Assembly (NCBI RefSeq): GCF_011045215.1
Contig: NZ_CP049201.1
Source of the DNA: Escherichia coli
Lineage (GTDB): Bacteria > Pseudomonadota > Gammaproteobacteria > Enterobacterales > Enterobacteriaceae
DNA: 64,000 bases
Reading direction: 5' to 3' (one strand)
Shown here: positions 1 to 10,485 of the stretch, in pieces
How the letters are laid out: every line of letters starts with the position of its first letter
Numbering within the stretch: the first letter of the stretch is position 1
Program-made: the position numbers and the translations under genes
The notes under the pieces: model-generated
Told to the model about the DNA's origin: nothing
The model's database searches: none
What the model saw: only the letters and a program-made list of their open reading frames with translations

Positions 1-687
1 ACTGCCACCTCCAGACTGGAGCTGATTGAACCTCTCATGGGGGAAATTTACGGCAACCCGCAGGCTACCCAGAAAATGCTGGACGATGCCTTCTTCAACG
101 TGGAGGCCTGGATCAACAGCGAGCTGGCAACCGAATTTGCCGAACAGGAAGAAATTGCCTTTACCTCAGGCGATGGCACCAAGAAGCCGAAAGGGTTCCT
201 GGCGTATGAATCCACTGATGAAACCGATAAGGTTCGTGCGTTCGGTAAACTTCAGCATATTGTATCCGGTGAAGCGACGACGGTGACCGCAGACGCCATT
301 ATCAAACTGATTTACACGCTGCGTAAGGCACACCGCACTGGCGCGAAGTTCATGATGAACAACAACAGCCTGTTTGCCATCCGTCTGCTGAAAGACAGCG
401 AGGGTAACTATCTGTGGCGTCCGGGGCTGGAACTGGGGCAGCTGTCCTCTCTGGCGGGTTACGGTATCGCTGAAAACGAACAGATGCCGGATATCGCTGC
501 TGATGCGAAAGCCATTGCATTTGGTAACTTCAAACGGGGTTACACCATCGTTGACCGTATCGGCACCCGCATTCTGCGTGACCCGTACACCAATAAACCG
601 TTTGTCGGTTTTTATACCACCAAGCGCACCGGCGGGATGCTGGTCGATTCGCAGGCCATCAAACTGCTGAAGATTGCAGCGGCGTAA
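1..687 (+). CDS. phage major capsid protein, C-terminal part (5' end lies upstream of the window)
   Basis: Frame is open from nt 1 with no stop before 685-687; the 216-aa tail reads like a phage major capsid protein; sits immediately upstream of connector and tail genes. Confidence 0.75.
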   Translation, partial: TATSRLELIEPLMGEIYGNPQATQKMLDDAFFNVEAWINSELATEFAEQEEIAFTSGDGTKKPKGFLAYESTDETDKVRAFGKLQHIVSGEATTVTADAIIKLIYTLRKAHRTGAKFMMNNNSLFAIRLLKDSEGNYLWRPGLELGQLSSLAGYGIAENEQMPDIAADAKAIAFGNFKRGYTIVDRIGTRILRDPYTNKPFVGFYTTKRTGGMLVDSQAIKLLKIAAA

Positions 688-694
688 TCACTCA

Positions 695-714
695 GGGGCG
701 CGGAACCGCGCCCC
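695..714 (+). terminator. GC-rich stem-loop after the capsid gene (possible terminator or RNA-stabilising hairpin)
   Basis: ggggcgcgg / ccgcgcccc inverted repeat directly after the capsid stop codon; no strong T-run follows. Confidence 0.35.
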
Positions 715-736
715 CTGTTCTGACGGGTGAAGAATC

Positions 737-937
737 ATGATCCTGAAACAAGATCTGAAATGGTCACCGGACGGTATGCGTGTTGAGGTCATTCGGGCCG
801 GTGAGTATGACGACGGGGCGCTTCCTGCCCGGGTGCAGGAGATTGCACTTCAGGCCGGGTTAGCAGAGCGCGGAATCAGTGCAAAAAGCAGTAAAGCGGC
901 AAAAGAGAAAAAAGCCACGACCAGTAAAGAGGGCTGA
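737..937 (+). CDS. hypothetical small phage head-region protein (66 aa)
   Basis: ORF between capsid and connector genes on the same strand; Lys/Ala-rich C-terminus; no recognisable motif. Confidence 0.4.
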   Translation: MILKQDLKWSPDGMRVEVIRAGEYDDGALPARVQEIALQAGLAERGISAKSSKAAKEKKATTSKEG

Positions 938-939
938 GT

Positions 940-1263
940 ATGCTTCTGACAATGGAAGAGATTAAAGCCCAACTCCGGCTGGATGAGGATTTCGATACTG
1001 ATGACCGCCATCTGCAACTGCTGGCCTGTGCGGCACAAAAGCGGACGGAAACGTATCTGAACCGGAAGCTCTATGCACCGGATGAAACCATTCCGGACAG
1101 CGATCCGGACGGGCTGCACCTGCCGGATGATATTCGTCTGGGGATGCTGATGCTTATCAGCCATTTTTACGAAAACCGCTCGTCGGTTACTGAAGTGGAG
1201 AAACTCGACATGCCGCAGAGTTTTGGCTGGCTTGTCGGCCCGTACAGGTACTTTCCGCAATGA
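940..1263 (+). CDS. phage head-tail connector protein (gp6-like)
   Basis: 107 aa; position and sequence character fit the gp6-like connector family; 4-nt overlap with the next gene. Confidence 0.65.
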   Translation: MLLTMEEIKAQLRLDEDFDTDDRHLQLLACAAQKRTETYLNRKLYAPDETIPDSDPDGLHLPDDIRLGMLMLISHFYENRSSVTEVEKLDMPQSFGWLVGPYRYFPQ

Positions 1264-1670
1264 AAATTCGTCAGGCGCAGACCAGCGCAACCTACATTCT
1301 GCCGGACCCCGGTGAACTGAATAAACGCGTCCTGATCCGCCAGCGGGTGGATATGCCCGCGGATAACTTTGGCGTGGAGCCTCAATACCCGGTTACGTTC
1401 CGGACATGGGCGAAGGTTATCCAGACCAGTGCCACCACCTGGCAGGAAACCGCGCAGACCGGGGACGCCATCACCCATTACATCACCATTCGTTACCGCC
1501 GGGGGATCACTGCTGATTATGAGGTGGTCTGTGATGACAGTGTGTACCGGGTGAAACGTCAGCGTGATCTGAACGGGGCGCGGCGCTTTCTGCTGCTGGA
1601 GTGTACGGAGCTGGGCGAATGTAGGCAGAGTCACGGAGGCAGCAATGGCGACTCCCTTTTTTCACGTTGA
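1260..1670 (+). CDS. phage head closure / head-tail adaptor protein
   Basis: 136 aa, translationally coupled after the connector; typical position in a head-completion cluster. Confidence 0.6.
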   Translation: MKIRQAQTSATYILPDPGELNKRVLIRQRVDMPADNFGVEPQYPVTFRTWAKVIQTSATTWQETAQTGDAITHYITIRYRRGITADYEVVCDDSVYRVKRQRDLNGARRFLLLECTELGECRQSHGGSNGDSLFSR

Positions 1671-2151
1671 TGTTCAGCAGCCCGCCGAGATGCGCTTTAA
1701 CCGCGCCCGTGTCCGGCGGGCGTTTGTCACGATTGGGCAGCGTCATATGCGTGATGCCCGTCGGCTGGTGATGCGCCGTGCGCGGTCGGTACCAGGTGAA
1801 AACCCCGGTTATCAGACCGGACGCCTGGCTCGTTCGATTGGTTATATGGTGCCGAGAGCCAGTAAAAAGCGAGCCGGTTTTATGACACGCATTGCCCCTA
1901 ACCAGCGCAACGGGAAGGGGAACCGGATGATCTCTGGTGACTTCTATCCGGCATTTCTGTTTTTTGGTGTCCGGGGAGGAGCAAAACGTCGTCGTAGTCA
2001 TCATCGTGGTGCATCCGGTGGCAGCGGCTGGCGACTGGCTCCACGTAATAACTTCATGGTGGAAACTCTTGAAAAGAACCGCAGCTGGACACGCTATTTT
2101 CTGGCGCGGGAATTGCGTAAATCACTGAAGCCGGAGCGACGACACAGATGA
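1645..2151 (+). CDS. HK97 gp10-like tail-completion protein
   Basis: 168 aa basic protein; position between head-completion and tail genes. Confidence 0.55.
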   Translation: MATPFFHVDVQQPAEMRFNRARVRRAFVTIGQRHMRDARRLVMRRARSVPGENPGYQTGRLARSIGYMVPRASKKRAGFMTRIAPNQRNGKGNRMISGDFYPAFLFFGVRGGAKRRRSHHRGASGGSGWRLAPRNNFMVETLEKNRSWTRYFLARELRKSLKPERRHR

Positions 2152-2708
2152 AACTGACGCCTGTTATTGCTGCACTGCGTGCCCGCTGTCCGTATTTTGA
2201 AAACCGGGTTGCAGGCGCGGCCCAGTTCAAAAATCTGCCGGAGGTCGGAAAGCTGAAACTCCCGGCGGCATATGTTGTACCGGGTGATGATTCTCCGGGA
2301 GAAAACAAAAGCCAGACCGACTACTGGCAGGAGCTGAAAGAGGGTTTCTCCGTGGTTGTCATACTGAGTAACGGGCGTGATGAGCGCGGTCAGTTTGCCT
2401 CGTATGATGTGGTGGACGATGTCCGGCAGATGCTCTTTAAGGCTCTGCTGGGCTGGAACCCGGAGGCGTGCGGTAACCCGATTACCTATGACGGCGGCAC
2501 GCTGCTGGATCTGAATCGTCATGAGCTGATTTATCAGTTCGATTTTTCGGTCATCAGCGAGCTGACTGAAGACGATACCCGCCAGCAGGATGACCTGAAC
2601 AGTCTGGATGAACTGCGAACGCTGGCGATTGATGTTGATTATCTCGATCCCGGTAACGGGCCTGACGGCGATATCGAACATCACACCGAAATAACCCTTC
2701 CTTCCTGA
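2148..2708 (+). CDS. phage tail terminator-like protein (DUF1834 / Mu gp37-like)
   Basis: 186 aa; overlapping start with the previous gene; position just upstream of the sheath gene. Confidence 0.55.
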   Translation: MKLTPVIAALRARCPYFENRVAGAAQFKNLPEVGKLKLPAAYVVPGDDSPGENKSQTDYWQELKEGFSVVVILSNGRDERGQFASYDVVDDVRQMLFKALLGWNPEACGNPITYDGGTLLDLNRHELIYQFDFSVISELTEDDTRQQDDLNSLDELRTLAIDVDYLDPGNGPDGDIEHHTEITLPS

Positions 2709-2716
2709 GAATCTTC

Positions 2717-2887
2717 ATGTTTGTGAAACCTGTTAAAGGGCGGTCAGTTCCTGACCCTGCCCGCGGCGACCTTTTGCCCGCCGAAGGGCGAAATGTTGAC
2801 GAGAACAACTACTGGCTGCGCCGTGAAGCAGCGGGTGATATCCGGCGCGTGAATAAAAAGGTGAATACCGATGACGATAAGCTTTAA
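2717..2887 (+). CDS. small conserved Mu-like phage protein (DUF2635-like, 56 aa)
   Basis: ATG at 2717; MFVKPVKGRSVPDPARGDLLPAEGRNVDENNYWLRR...; overlaps the sheath start; absent from the ORF track because it is under 60 aa. Confidence 0.45.
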   Translation: MFVKPVKGRSVPDPARGDLLPAEGRNVDENNYWLRREAAGDIRRVNKKVNTDDDKL

Positions 2888-4367
2888 CACCATTCCGTCG
2901 AATACGCTGGTTCCGTTGTTTTATGCGGAAATGGATAACTCGGCGGCGAATACTGCACAGGACAGCGGAGCATCGCTGCTGATTGGTCATGCCAATAACG
3001 GTGCAGAGATTGTTGCCAACAGTCTGGTACTGATGCCGTCGGCAGACTATGCACGCCAGATTTGTGGTGCGGGAAGTCAGCTGGCGCGTATGGTCGAGGC
3101 TTATCGCCAGACCGACCCGTTTGGTGAGCTGTATGTGATTGCCGTTCCTGAATCCACAGGCGCGGCGGCAACGGTTACGCTGACGGTGACCGGGGCGGCA
3201 ACCGAAACCGGCACGGTGAATGTCTATGTGGGACGTACCCGCGTGCAGGCTCCGGTGACCAACGGCGATAACGTCACGACGATTGCCAGCAGTATCAAAG
3301 ATGCCATCAATGCCGTTCCGGCCCTGCCGTTTACGGCTTCATCTTCGGCAGGCGTGGTCACACTGACCGCGCGTCATAAGGGGCTTTGCGGGAATGAAAT
3401 TCCTGTCAGCCTCAATTACTACGGCTTTGGTGGGGGCGAAGTGCTGCCAGCGGGCGTACAGATTGCCGTGGCGACGGGTACCGCCGGAACGGGTGCTCCG
3501 GTTCTCACCGGCGCGGTGGCTGCAATGGCGGATGAGCCGTTTGATTATATCGGCCTGCCGTTCAACGACACGGCCTCCGTTAACACGCTGATGACCGAGA
3601 TGAACGATACCAGCGGTCGCTGGAGCTATGCGCGTCAGCTGTATGGTCATGTGTATACGGCAAAGATCGGCACGCTGTCAGAACTGGTGACCGCAGGTGA
3701 CCAGTTTAACCAGCAGCACATTACCCTGGCGGGGTACGAAAAAGAGACCCAGACGCCTGCCGACGAACTGGCGGCAAGCCGTACCGCCCGCGCAGCGGTG
3801 TTTATTCGCAACGATCCGGCACGTCCCACGCAGACCGGTGAGCTGGTGGGTATGCTGCCTGCGCCGAAGGGGAAACGGTTCACGATGACCGAACAACAGA
3901 CCCTGCTGTCTCATGGCGTGGCAACGGCGTATGTCGAAAGCGGGGTACTGCGCATTCAGCGTGATGTCACCACGTACAGGAAAAACGCTTACGGGGTTGC
4001 GGATAACAGCTACCTAGACAGTGAGACTCTGCATACCAGCGCGTATGTACTGCGCAAACTGAAATCCGTCATTACCAGTAAGTACGGGCGTCACAAGCTT
4101 GCCAGTGACGGTACCCGCTTTGGTCCCGGTCAGGCGATTGTCACCCCGGCGGTGATCAAAGGGGAACTGCTGGCAACCTACCGTCAGCTTGAGCGTGCGG
4201 GGATCGTGGAAAACTACGCACTGTTTAAGCAGTACCTAGTTGTGGAGCGTGATGCCAGCGATCCGAACCGCCTGAACACGCTGTTCCCGCCTGACTATGT
4301 TAACCAGTTGCGTGTCTTTGCCGTGGTTAACCAGTTCCGTCTTCAGTATTCAGAGGAGTCCGCATAA
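2871..4367 (+). CDS. phage contractile tail sheath protein
   Basis: 498 aa; size and sequence character typical of Mu/P2-type sheath proteins; followed by tube and chaperone genes. Confidence 0.9.
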   Translation: MTISFNTIPSNTLVPLFYAEMDNSAANTAQDSGASLLIGHANNGAEIVANSLVLMPSADYARQICGAGSQLARMVEAYRQTDPFGELYVIAVPESTGAAATVTLTVTGAATETGTVNVYVGRTRVQAPVTNGDNVTTIASSIKDAINAVPALPFTASSSAGVVTLTARHKGLCGNEIPVSLNYYGFGGGEVLPAGVQIAVATGTAGTGAPVLTGAVAAMADEPFDYIGLPFNDTASVNTLMTEMNDTSGRWSYARQLYGHVYTAKIGTLSELVTAGDQFNQQHITLAGYEKETQTPADELAASRTARAAVFIRNDPARPTQTGELVGMLPAPKGKRFTMTEQQTLLSHGVATAYVESGVLRIQRDVTTYRKNAYGVADNSYLDSETLHTSAYVLRKLKSVITSKYGRHKLASDGTRFGPGQAIVTPAVIKGELLATYRQLERAGIVENYALFKQYLVVERDASDPNRLNTLFPPDYVNQLRVFAVVNQFRLQYSEESA

Positions 4368-4723
4368 TGGCCCGTATCGGGGGAACCTGTTATTTCAAAA
4401 TTGACGGTCAGCAGCTATCGCTGACCGGCGGCATTGAGGTGCCCATGAACAGGACGGTCAATGATGACATCATCGGCCTGGACGGTTCAGTGGACCGCAA
4501 GGAAACTCACCGTGCGCCTTATGTCAAAGGGACCTTCAAGGTGCCGAAGAATTTTCCGGTGAGCAAAATCACCTCGTCTGATGAGATGACCATCACTGCC
4601 GAGCTGGCGAACGGTCAGGTCTATGTACTGTCGTCTGCCTGGCTGCACGGCGAAGCGAACCATAATGCCGAAGAAGGCACGGTCGATCTTGAGTTCCACG
4701 GTGAAGAAGGGGATTACCAGTGA
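4367..4723 (+). CDS. phage tail tube protein
   Basis: 118 aa, coupled to the sheath gene by overlapping stop/start. Confidence 0.8.
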   Translation: MARIGGTCYFKIDGQQLSLTGGIEVPMNRTVNDDIIGLDGSVDRKETHRAPYVKGTFKVPKNFPVSKITSSDEMTITAELANGQVYVLSSAWLHGEANHNAEEGTVDLEFHGEEGDYQ

Positions 4724-5043
4724 TTGAGCTTGTACTTAAAAAACCGATCATCGCCCACAAAGAAACACTGCATGTGCTGGAAATACGTGAGCCTACGTAT
4801 GACGAGATTGAGGCGCTGGGGTTCCCTTTCTCTGTTTCGCCTGATGGTGGTATGAAAATGGACAGTCAGGTGGCGCTGAAATATATCCCGCTTCTGGCCG
4901 GGATCCCGCGCTCGTCTGCAGCGCAGATGACGAAGCTGGATATTTTCAAGGCAGGCATGATTGTAATGCGTTTTTTTACCGGCTTGGAGACGGAAGAGAC
5001 CTCCGGAAGCGATTCTACAATGTCGCGTGGTTCTGGAAATTAA
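4720..5043 (+). CDS. phage tail assembly chaperone
   Basis: 107 aa located between the tube and tape-measure genes. Confidence 0.6.
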   Translation: MIELVLKKPIIAHKETLHVLEIREPTYDEIEALGFPFSVSPDGGMKMDSQVALKYIPLLAGIPRSSAAQMTKLDIFKAGMIVMRFFTGLETEETSGSDSTMSRGSGN

Positions 5044-5127
5044 ACCCCCTTGAACTTCGCCGGACGGCTATTTCCCACTTTGCTGATCTGGAGGCAGAGG
5101 CCGTCCGTATAAATGAGGAGATGAAGC

Positions 5128-7035
5128 ATGGCTGATAATTTTCAGCTGAAAGCCATCATCACCGCCGTTGACAGGCTATCCGGCCCGCTTAAAGGTATGC
5201 AGCGTCAGCTTAAGGGATTTCAGAAAGAAGTCTCCAGCCTTGCTCTGGGCGCTGCCGGGGCGGGTACTGCAATAATGGGGGCACTGGTACTCCCTGTAAA
5301 ATCAGCCATCACCCTTGAATCGAAGATGGCTGATGTCCGCAAAGTGGTGGACGGTCTGGATACGCCGGATGCGTTTAAGGCCATGACGGAGCAGGTGCGT
5401 GACCTGTCAACCGAACTGCCTATGTCGGCGGAAGGTATCGCTGAAATCGTGGCGGCGGGTGGTCAGGCCGGGATTGCACGTGATGAACTGATGCAGTTTG
5501 CCACTGATGCGGTGAAGATGGGCGTGGCCTTTGATACCACGGCTGAAGAGTCCGGGCAGATGATGGCCCAGTGGCGTACTGCGTTTAATATGACGCAGGA
5601 TGAAGTGGCCGGGCTGGCTGACAAAATCAACTACCTTGGTAATACCGGCCCGGCGAACGCGAAGAAAATCTCCGATATTGTTACGCGTATTGGTCCTTTA
5701 GGTGGTGTTGCAGGTGTGGCTTCCGGCGAAATCGCGGCAATGGGGGCAACCATTGCCGGGATGGGCGTGGAGTCAGAAATTGCCGCCACAGGGATCAAGA
5801 ACTTCATGCTTTCCCTGACCGCGGGAAATTCTGCGACAAAATCGCAGAAACAGGCATTGCGTTTTCTGCGGATCAATCCGAAGAAATTAGCTGCTGATAT
5901 GCAGAAAGATGCCCGGGGCACCATGCTATCTGTACTGGATGCGATGGCTAAAGTGCCTAAAGAAAAACGGGCAGCTGTGCTGAATGCCCTGTTCGGGAAA
6001 GAGTCTCTGGGCGCGATAGCACCTCTGCTGACTAACCTTGATTTGTTGCGTACCAACTTCAGGCGGGTTGCGGATTCCCAGCAGTATGGCAGTTCGATGC
6101 AGAAGGAATATGCTTCGAGGGCAGCGACGACGGAAAACCAGCTTTTACTTCTGCAAAATCAACTTGATGCCATTTCTTCCACGCTGGGGGAAACGTTTCT
6201 TCCTGAGGTTAATGATGGTCTTGAAGCGGTAAAACCGCTCCTTGAGGAAGTGAGAACGTTTGTCCGTGAAAACCCGGAGCTCGTTAAGACCATTGCTAAA
6301 ATCGGTCTGGCCTTACTGACGGTGGGAGCCGCTGCAGGCTCTTTGTCCAGAATTATGAAAGTTCTCGGCGGTGTGATGAATATGACGCCTGCTAAGGGGC
6401 TGATTGCTCTTCTGGTTGGTGGCGCTTACCTCATTATTGATAACTGGGAAACCGTAGGTCCTGTCATAAAAAAAGTCTGGCACGTGATGGATGAAACGGC
6501 GCAGGCGATGGGGGGATGGGAAACTGTTCTGAAAGCGATTGCCCTGTTTATGGCAACCAAATGGGTTGCTGACGTTACCAAATCCATTACCGCAGTGACC
6601 AGAGAGATGCGTACGCTGGGGAAGGTATCGGCAGAAACGGGATTGATGGGGAAAGGCCGCGGCTTTATCGGGAAGGCCGGGGTATATGGTTTTCTGGGAA
6701 CCCTGATGTATGAGCCGGTTAAAGATACTCTGGAAAGTGTTGTTCCTGAAGATACGGTTAACTGGCTGGATAATAAAGGGCTGTTTCTGGCTTCAGACTG
6801 GACGCCTTTTTTTGATCGTAAAGAGTACGAGCAATATCAGGCCAGCCTGAGTCAGTACAAACCCAATGTTCCGCTGTTGAATCCATCTTCTTCCATGACA
6901 CAGCACAGCGAGCTGAAAGTCACGTTCGAGAATGCTCCGCCAGGTATGAAGATAATTGATGTACCGGACAAAGCCGATCCCCTGATGAAAATCACGCACG
7001 ATGTGGGGTATTCCCCTTTTCGTTTTCCACGATAA
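5128..7035 (+). CDS. phage tail tape measure protein
   Basis: 635 aa, Ala/Gly-rich with a hydrophobic central segment; canonical position. Confidence 0.85.
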   Translation: MADNFQLKAIITAVDRLSGPLKGMQRQLKGFQKEVSSLALGAAGAGTAIMGALVLPVKSAITLESKMADVRKVVDGLDTPDAFKAMTEQVRDLSTELPMSAEGIAEIVAAGGQAGIARDELMQFATDAVKMGVAFDTTAEESGQMMAQWRTAFNMTQDEVAGLADKINYLGNTGPANAKKISDIVTRIGPLGGVAGVASGEIAAMGATIAGMGVESEIAATGIKNFMLSLTAGNSATKSQKQALRFLRINPKKLAADMQKDARGTMLSVLDAMAKVPKEKRAAVLNALFGKESLGAIAPLLTNLDLLRTNFRRVADSQQYGSSMQKEYASRAATTENQLLLLQNQLDAISSTLGETFLPEVNDGLEAVKPLLEEVRTFVRENPELVKTIAKIGLALLTVGAAAGSLSRIMKVLGGVMNMTPAKGLIALLVGGAYLIIDNWETVGPVIKKVWHVMDETAQAMGGWETVLKAIALFMATKWVADVTKSITAVTREMRTLGKVSAETGLMGKGRGFIGKAGVYGFLGTLMYEPVKDTLESVVPEDTVNWLDNKGLFLASDWTPFFDRKEYEQYQASLSQYKPNVPLLNPSSSMTQHSELKVTFENAPPGMKIIDVPDKADPLMKITHDVGYSPFRFPR

Positions 7036-7059
7036 CGCAGTCCTTTTTGAGGTCAGTCT

Positions 7060-8436
7060 ATGGATTTATCCTCATTTCCCACCCGACCTTCATTACTTTC
7101 GTCGTCTTCAGGCTGGCGTGACAGACTTCAGGACGCGTCATTTCGCGGCGTATCGTTTAAGGTTGAAGAAGAAAGTGCGGGAACCGGTCGCCGTGTGGAA
7201 ACACACGAATACCCGAACCGCGACAAGCCCTATACCGAAGATCTGGGAAAAGTTACTTTCCGCCCGTCCATCACGGCTTATGTGGTGGGAGATGACTGCT
7301 TTGACCAGCGCGATCGCCTGATTGATGCGCTGAATAAACCCGGTCCCGGCACGCTTGTCCATCCGACATACGGTGAGCTGAAAGTCTGTGTTGACGGGGA
7401 AGTTCGGGTCAGCACATCGAAAAGTGAAGGGCGTATTGTCCGCTTTGACCTGAAGTTTGTCGAAGCGGGAGAACTCTCTTACCCCACATCAGGTGCGGCG
7501 ACGGCGCAGACGCTGATGTCATCCTGTTCTGCACTGGATGACTGCATCAGTGACAGTTTCAGTGGTTTCAGTATCGATGGCGTGGCGGATTTTGTGCAGA
7601 ACGACGTCGTCGGTAATGCCAGCACAATGCTGGGGTATGTTTCTGATGCGATGAAAGTGGTGGATTCTGCCGTATCGGATGCTGCCAGGCTGTTGCAGGG
7701 GGATATCTCGGTACTTCTGCCGCCGCCATCGTCAGGAAAAAATTTCGTTGAGCAGGTGCAGAAAATGTGGCGTACCGGGAAACGCCTTTATGGTAACGCC
7801 AGCGACCTGGTCACCATGATCAAAACGCTTTCCGGTGTCAGCCTCGGCAGCGATCTGCAACCGCGCGGCGTCTGGAAAACGGACAGTAAAACCACCGCCA
7901 CGGCGACGCAGCAGCGTAACGTGGTTGCCAGCATCCTTCGTACGACCGCAATCAGCGAAGCGGCGTATGCCGTCACCCGATTGCCTGCGCCAACAACTTC
8001 TGCGGTGATGCAGAATGCCGCAGTGGGGCAGTCAACAACACCCGCGCAGAGCTCCGGCTGGCCTTCCGTCACGCATCCGGCACTGAACAATGCACCGGCG
8101 GTGAAAAACACGGTTGACCTGCCAACGTGGGAAGAACTGACCGACATTCGCGACACACTGAATACGGCAATTGATAAGGAGTTGTCCCGTACAACCAGTG
8201 ATGCGCTGTTTCTGGCGCTGCGCCGGGTGAAAGCAGATCTGAATGCGGATATCAACACGCGCCTTGAACAGTCTGCTCGGATCATTCAGCGCACACCGGA
8301 TGAGGTTTTACCCGCGCTGGTGCTGGCGGCGACCTGGTTTGATAACGCGGCGCGTGACGCGGACATTATCCGGCGTAATGCCATTACGCATCCCGGCTTT
8401 GTGCCGGTGATCCCTCTGAAGGTGCCAGTGCAATGA
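7060..8436 (+). CDS. DNA circularization protein (Mu N-like)
   Basis: 458 aa; position after the tape measure, as in Mu-like tail modules. Confidence 0.65.
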   Translation: MDLSSFPTRPSLLSSSSGWRDRLQDASFRGVSFKVEEESAGTGRRVETHEYPNRDKPYTEDLGKVTFRPSITAYVVGDDCFDQRDRLIDALNKPGPGTLVHPTYGELKVCVDGEVRVSTSKSEGRIVRFDLKFVEAGELSYPTSGAATAQTLMSSCSALDDCISDSFSGFSIDGVADFVQNDVVGNASTMLGYVSDAMKVVDSAVSDAARLLQGDISVLLPPPSSGKNFVEQVQKMWRTGKRLYGNASDLVTMIKTLSGVSLGSDLQPRGVWKTDSKTTATATQQRNVVASILRTTAISEAAYAVTRLPAPTTSAVMQNAAVGQSTTPAQSSGWPSVTHPALNNAPAVKNTVDLPTWEELTDIRDTLNTAIDKELSRTTSDALFLALRRVKADLNADINTRLEQSARIIQRTPDEVLPALVLAATWFDNAARDADIIRRNAITHPGFVPVIPLKVPVQ

Positions 8437-9512
8437 ACGACAATGTCACGCTACGGGTAAATGGCCGGGAGTGGAATGGCTGGACATCGGTGCGCATCGG
8501 TGCCGGTATTGAACGGCTGGCGCGGGATTTCAGTGTGGAGATCACCCGCCAGTGGCCGGGTGATGAGGGTATCACCACGCTTCAGCCGCGCATTAAAAAC
8601 GGTTCAAAAGTGGAGGTGCTGATTGGTGATGAGCTGGTGATCACCGGCTGGGTGGAGGCGACGCCCGTTCGTTACGATGCCCGTTCGGTCAGCACCGGTA
8701 TTGCCGGACGTAGTCTGACGGCTGACCTGATTGACTGTGCAGCCGAACCGACACAGTTTAACGGACGCTCGCTGGTGCAGATTGCGCAGGCGCTTGCTGC
8801 GCCTTTCGGCATTGAGGTGGTGAACAGCGGTGCGCCGTCGGGTGTTATTCCTGATGTTCAGCCTGATCACGGTGAAACGGTGATTGAGGTAATCAACAAA
8901 ATACTCGGTCAGCAGCAGGCACTGGCTTACGACGATCCGCACGGCAGGCTGGTGATTGGCGGTATTGGCTCAACGCGGGCACATACCGCGCTGGTACTTG
9001 GGGAAAACATCCTTTCCTGCGATACGGAGAAGAGTATCCGGGAGCGGTTTTCAGTTTACCAGGTGGCGGGGCAGCGTGCCGGAAACGACGATGATTTCGG
9101 TGAGGCCACCACCACCGCGCTGCGGGCCCGCACAGAGGACGCATTTATTGCCCGTTACCGTCCGATGTATATCAGGCAGACAGGGCAGGCCACGGGGGCT
9201 GGCTGTATTGCGCGTGCTGACTTTGAAGCCCGGCAACGGGCGGCGCGGACGGATGAAACCACCTATGTGGTGCAGGGCTGGCGACAGGGTAACGGTACGC
9301 TGTGGCAGCCCAACCAGCGGGTGATTGTCTTTGATCCGGTCTGTGGTTTTGACAATACCGAACTGCTTGTTTCGGAAGTCACGTTTACTCAGGACCAGAA
9401 CGGCACCCTGACGGAAATCCGTGTCGGCCCGCCTGATGCTTATCTGCCTGAACCCGATGCCCCCGGCGCGCAGAAAAAGAAAAAAGCCAGAGTACAGGAG
9501 GACCCGTTCTGA
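8433..9512 (+). CDS. baseplate hub / tail protein (Mu P/gp44-like, P2 gpD-like)
   Basis: 359 aa; overlapping-start gene chain within the baseplate module. Confidence 0.7.
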   Translation: MNDNVTLRVNGREWNGWTSVRIGAGIERLARDFSVEITRQWPGDEGITTLQPRIKNGSKVEVLIGDELVITGWVEATPVRYDARSVSTGIAGRSLTADLIDCAAEPTQFNGRSLVQIAQALAAPFGIEVVNSGAPSGVIPDVQPDHGETVIEVINKILGQQQALAYDDPHGRLVIGGIGSTRAHTALVLGENILSCDTEKSIRERFSVYQVAGQRAGNDDDFGEATTTALRARTEDAFIARYRPMYIRQTGQATGAGCIARADFEARQRAARTDETTYVVQGWRQGNGTLWQPNQRVIVFDPVCGFDNTELLVSEVTFTQDQNGTLTEIRVGPPDAYLPEPDAPGAQKKKKARVQEDPF

Positions 9513-10060
9513 TGAGGACGATTGAAGCCATGCAGCGACAACTTCTCGGCCTGATTGGGCGGGCAGTGGTGAAAAGTATCAGCGCCGCCACGAAATGTCA
9601 GACCGTGGATGTGTCCCTGATTGCCGGTGAACCCAAAGCCGGGGTTGAACATCTTGAACCCTACGGTTTTACCGCAAGGGCAAACAGCGGTGCGGAAGCG
9701 GTGGTGTTGTTTCCGGATGGCGACCGTTCTCATGCGGTGGTTGTTACGGTGTCGGACCGGCGCTACCGCCTGAAAGGGCTGCAGACGGGTGAGGTGGCTG
9801 TCTATGACGATCAGGGGCAGTCTGTGACGCTGACCCGGGAGGGGATCGTGGTGGACGGTGCAGGTAAAACGATCACGTTTCGCAATGCGCCCAGAGCACG
9901 TTTTGAAATGGACCTTGAAGTGACCGGACAGGTGAAAGACCTGTGCGACTCCGGCGGCACTACCATGTCAGCGATGCGGCTTGCCTATAACGGGCATCGT
10001 CACAGAGAGAACGGTCAGGGCAGTAACACCGACAAACCTGATAAAGCGATGGAGGCATGA
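9512..10060 (+). CDS. baseplate assembly protein V (spike, Mu gp45-like)
   Basis: 182 aa; position between the hub and gp46-like genes. Confidence 0.7.
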   Translation: MRTIEAMQRQLLGLIGRAVVKSISAATKCQTVDVSLIAGEPKAGVEHLEPYGFTARANSGAEAVVLFPDGDRSHAVVVTVSDRRYRLKGLQTGEVAVYDDQGQSVTLTREGIVVDGAGKTITFRNAPRARFEMDLEVTGQVKDLCDSGGTTMSAMRLAYNGHRHRENGQGSNTDKPDKAMEA

Positions 10061-10485
10061 TGGAACTGTGGCTGACGGTGAACGGTAAACGCACCTGCGC
10101 CAGCGCACCGCTGGATCCGCTGACCCGCGCCGTGGTGATTTCCATGTTTACCTGGCGGCGGGCGGAGCCTGATGACAACGCCGACGTCCCGATGGGATGG
10201 TGGGGGGATACCTGGCCTGCGGTACAGAATGACCGTTACGGCTCCCGACTGTGGCTGCTTCAGCGCAGCAAACTGACCAATCAGCTGGTGCAGACGGTAA
10301 GGGGGTATATCCGCGAATGCCTGCAATGGATGATTGATGACGGCGTGGTGTCCCGTATTGATCTGGATATCCGCCGCACCGGGATTAATGAGCTGGGTAA
10401 CAGTATCACCCTCTGGCGTCGTGACGGACCGATAATGATTTCTTTTGATGATCTGTGGAGTGCGATAACGCATGGCGGACAGTGA
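10057..10485 (+). CDS. phage GP46 family baseplate protein
   Basis: 142 aa; baseplate module position. Confidence 0.7.
   Translation: MMELWLTVNGKRTCASAPLDPLTRAVVISMFTWRRAEPDDNADVPMGWWGDTWPAVQNDRYGSRLWLLQRSKLTNQLVQTVRGYIRECLQWMIDDGVVSRIDLDIRRTGINELGNSITLWRRDGPIMISFDDLWSAITHGGQ

Noticed and set aside
850-2684. Minus-strand ORFs (850-1290, 1167-1634, 1507-2004, 2094-2684) inside the head/tail gene block
   Set aside because: They are antisense to a tightly packed, translationally coupled structural operon with clear homologies; typical shadow ORFs of GC-rich phage genes.
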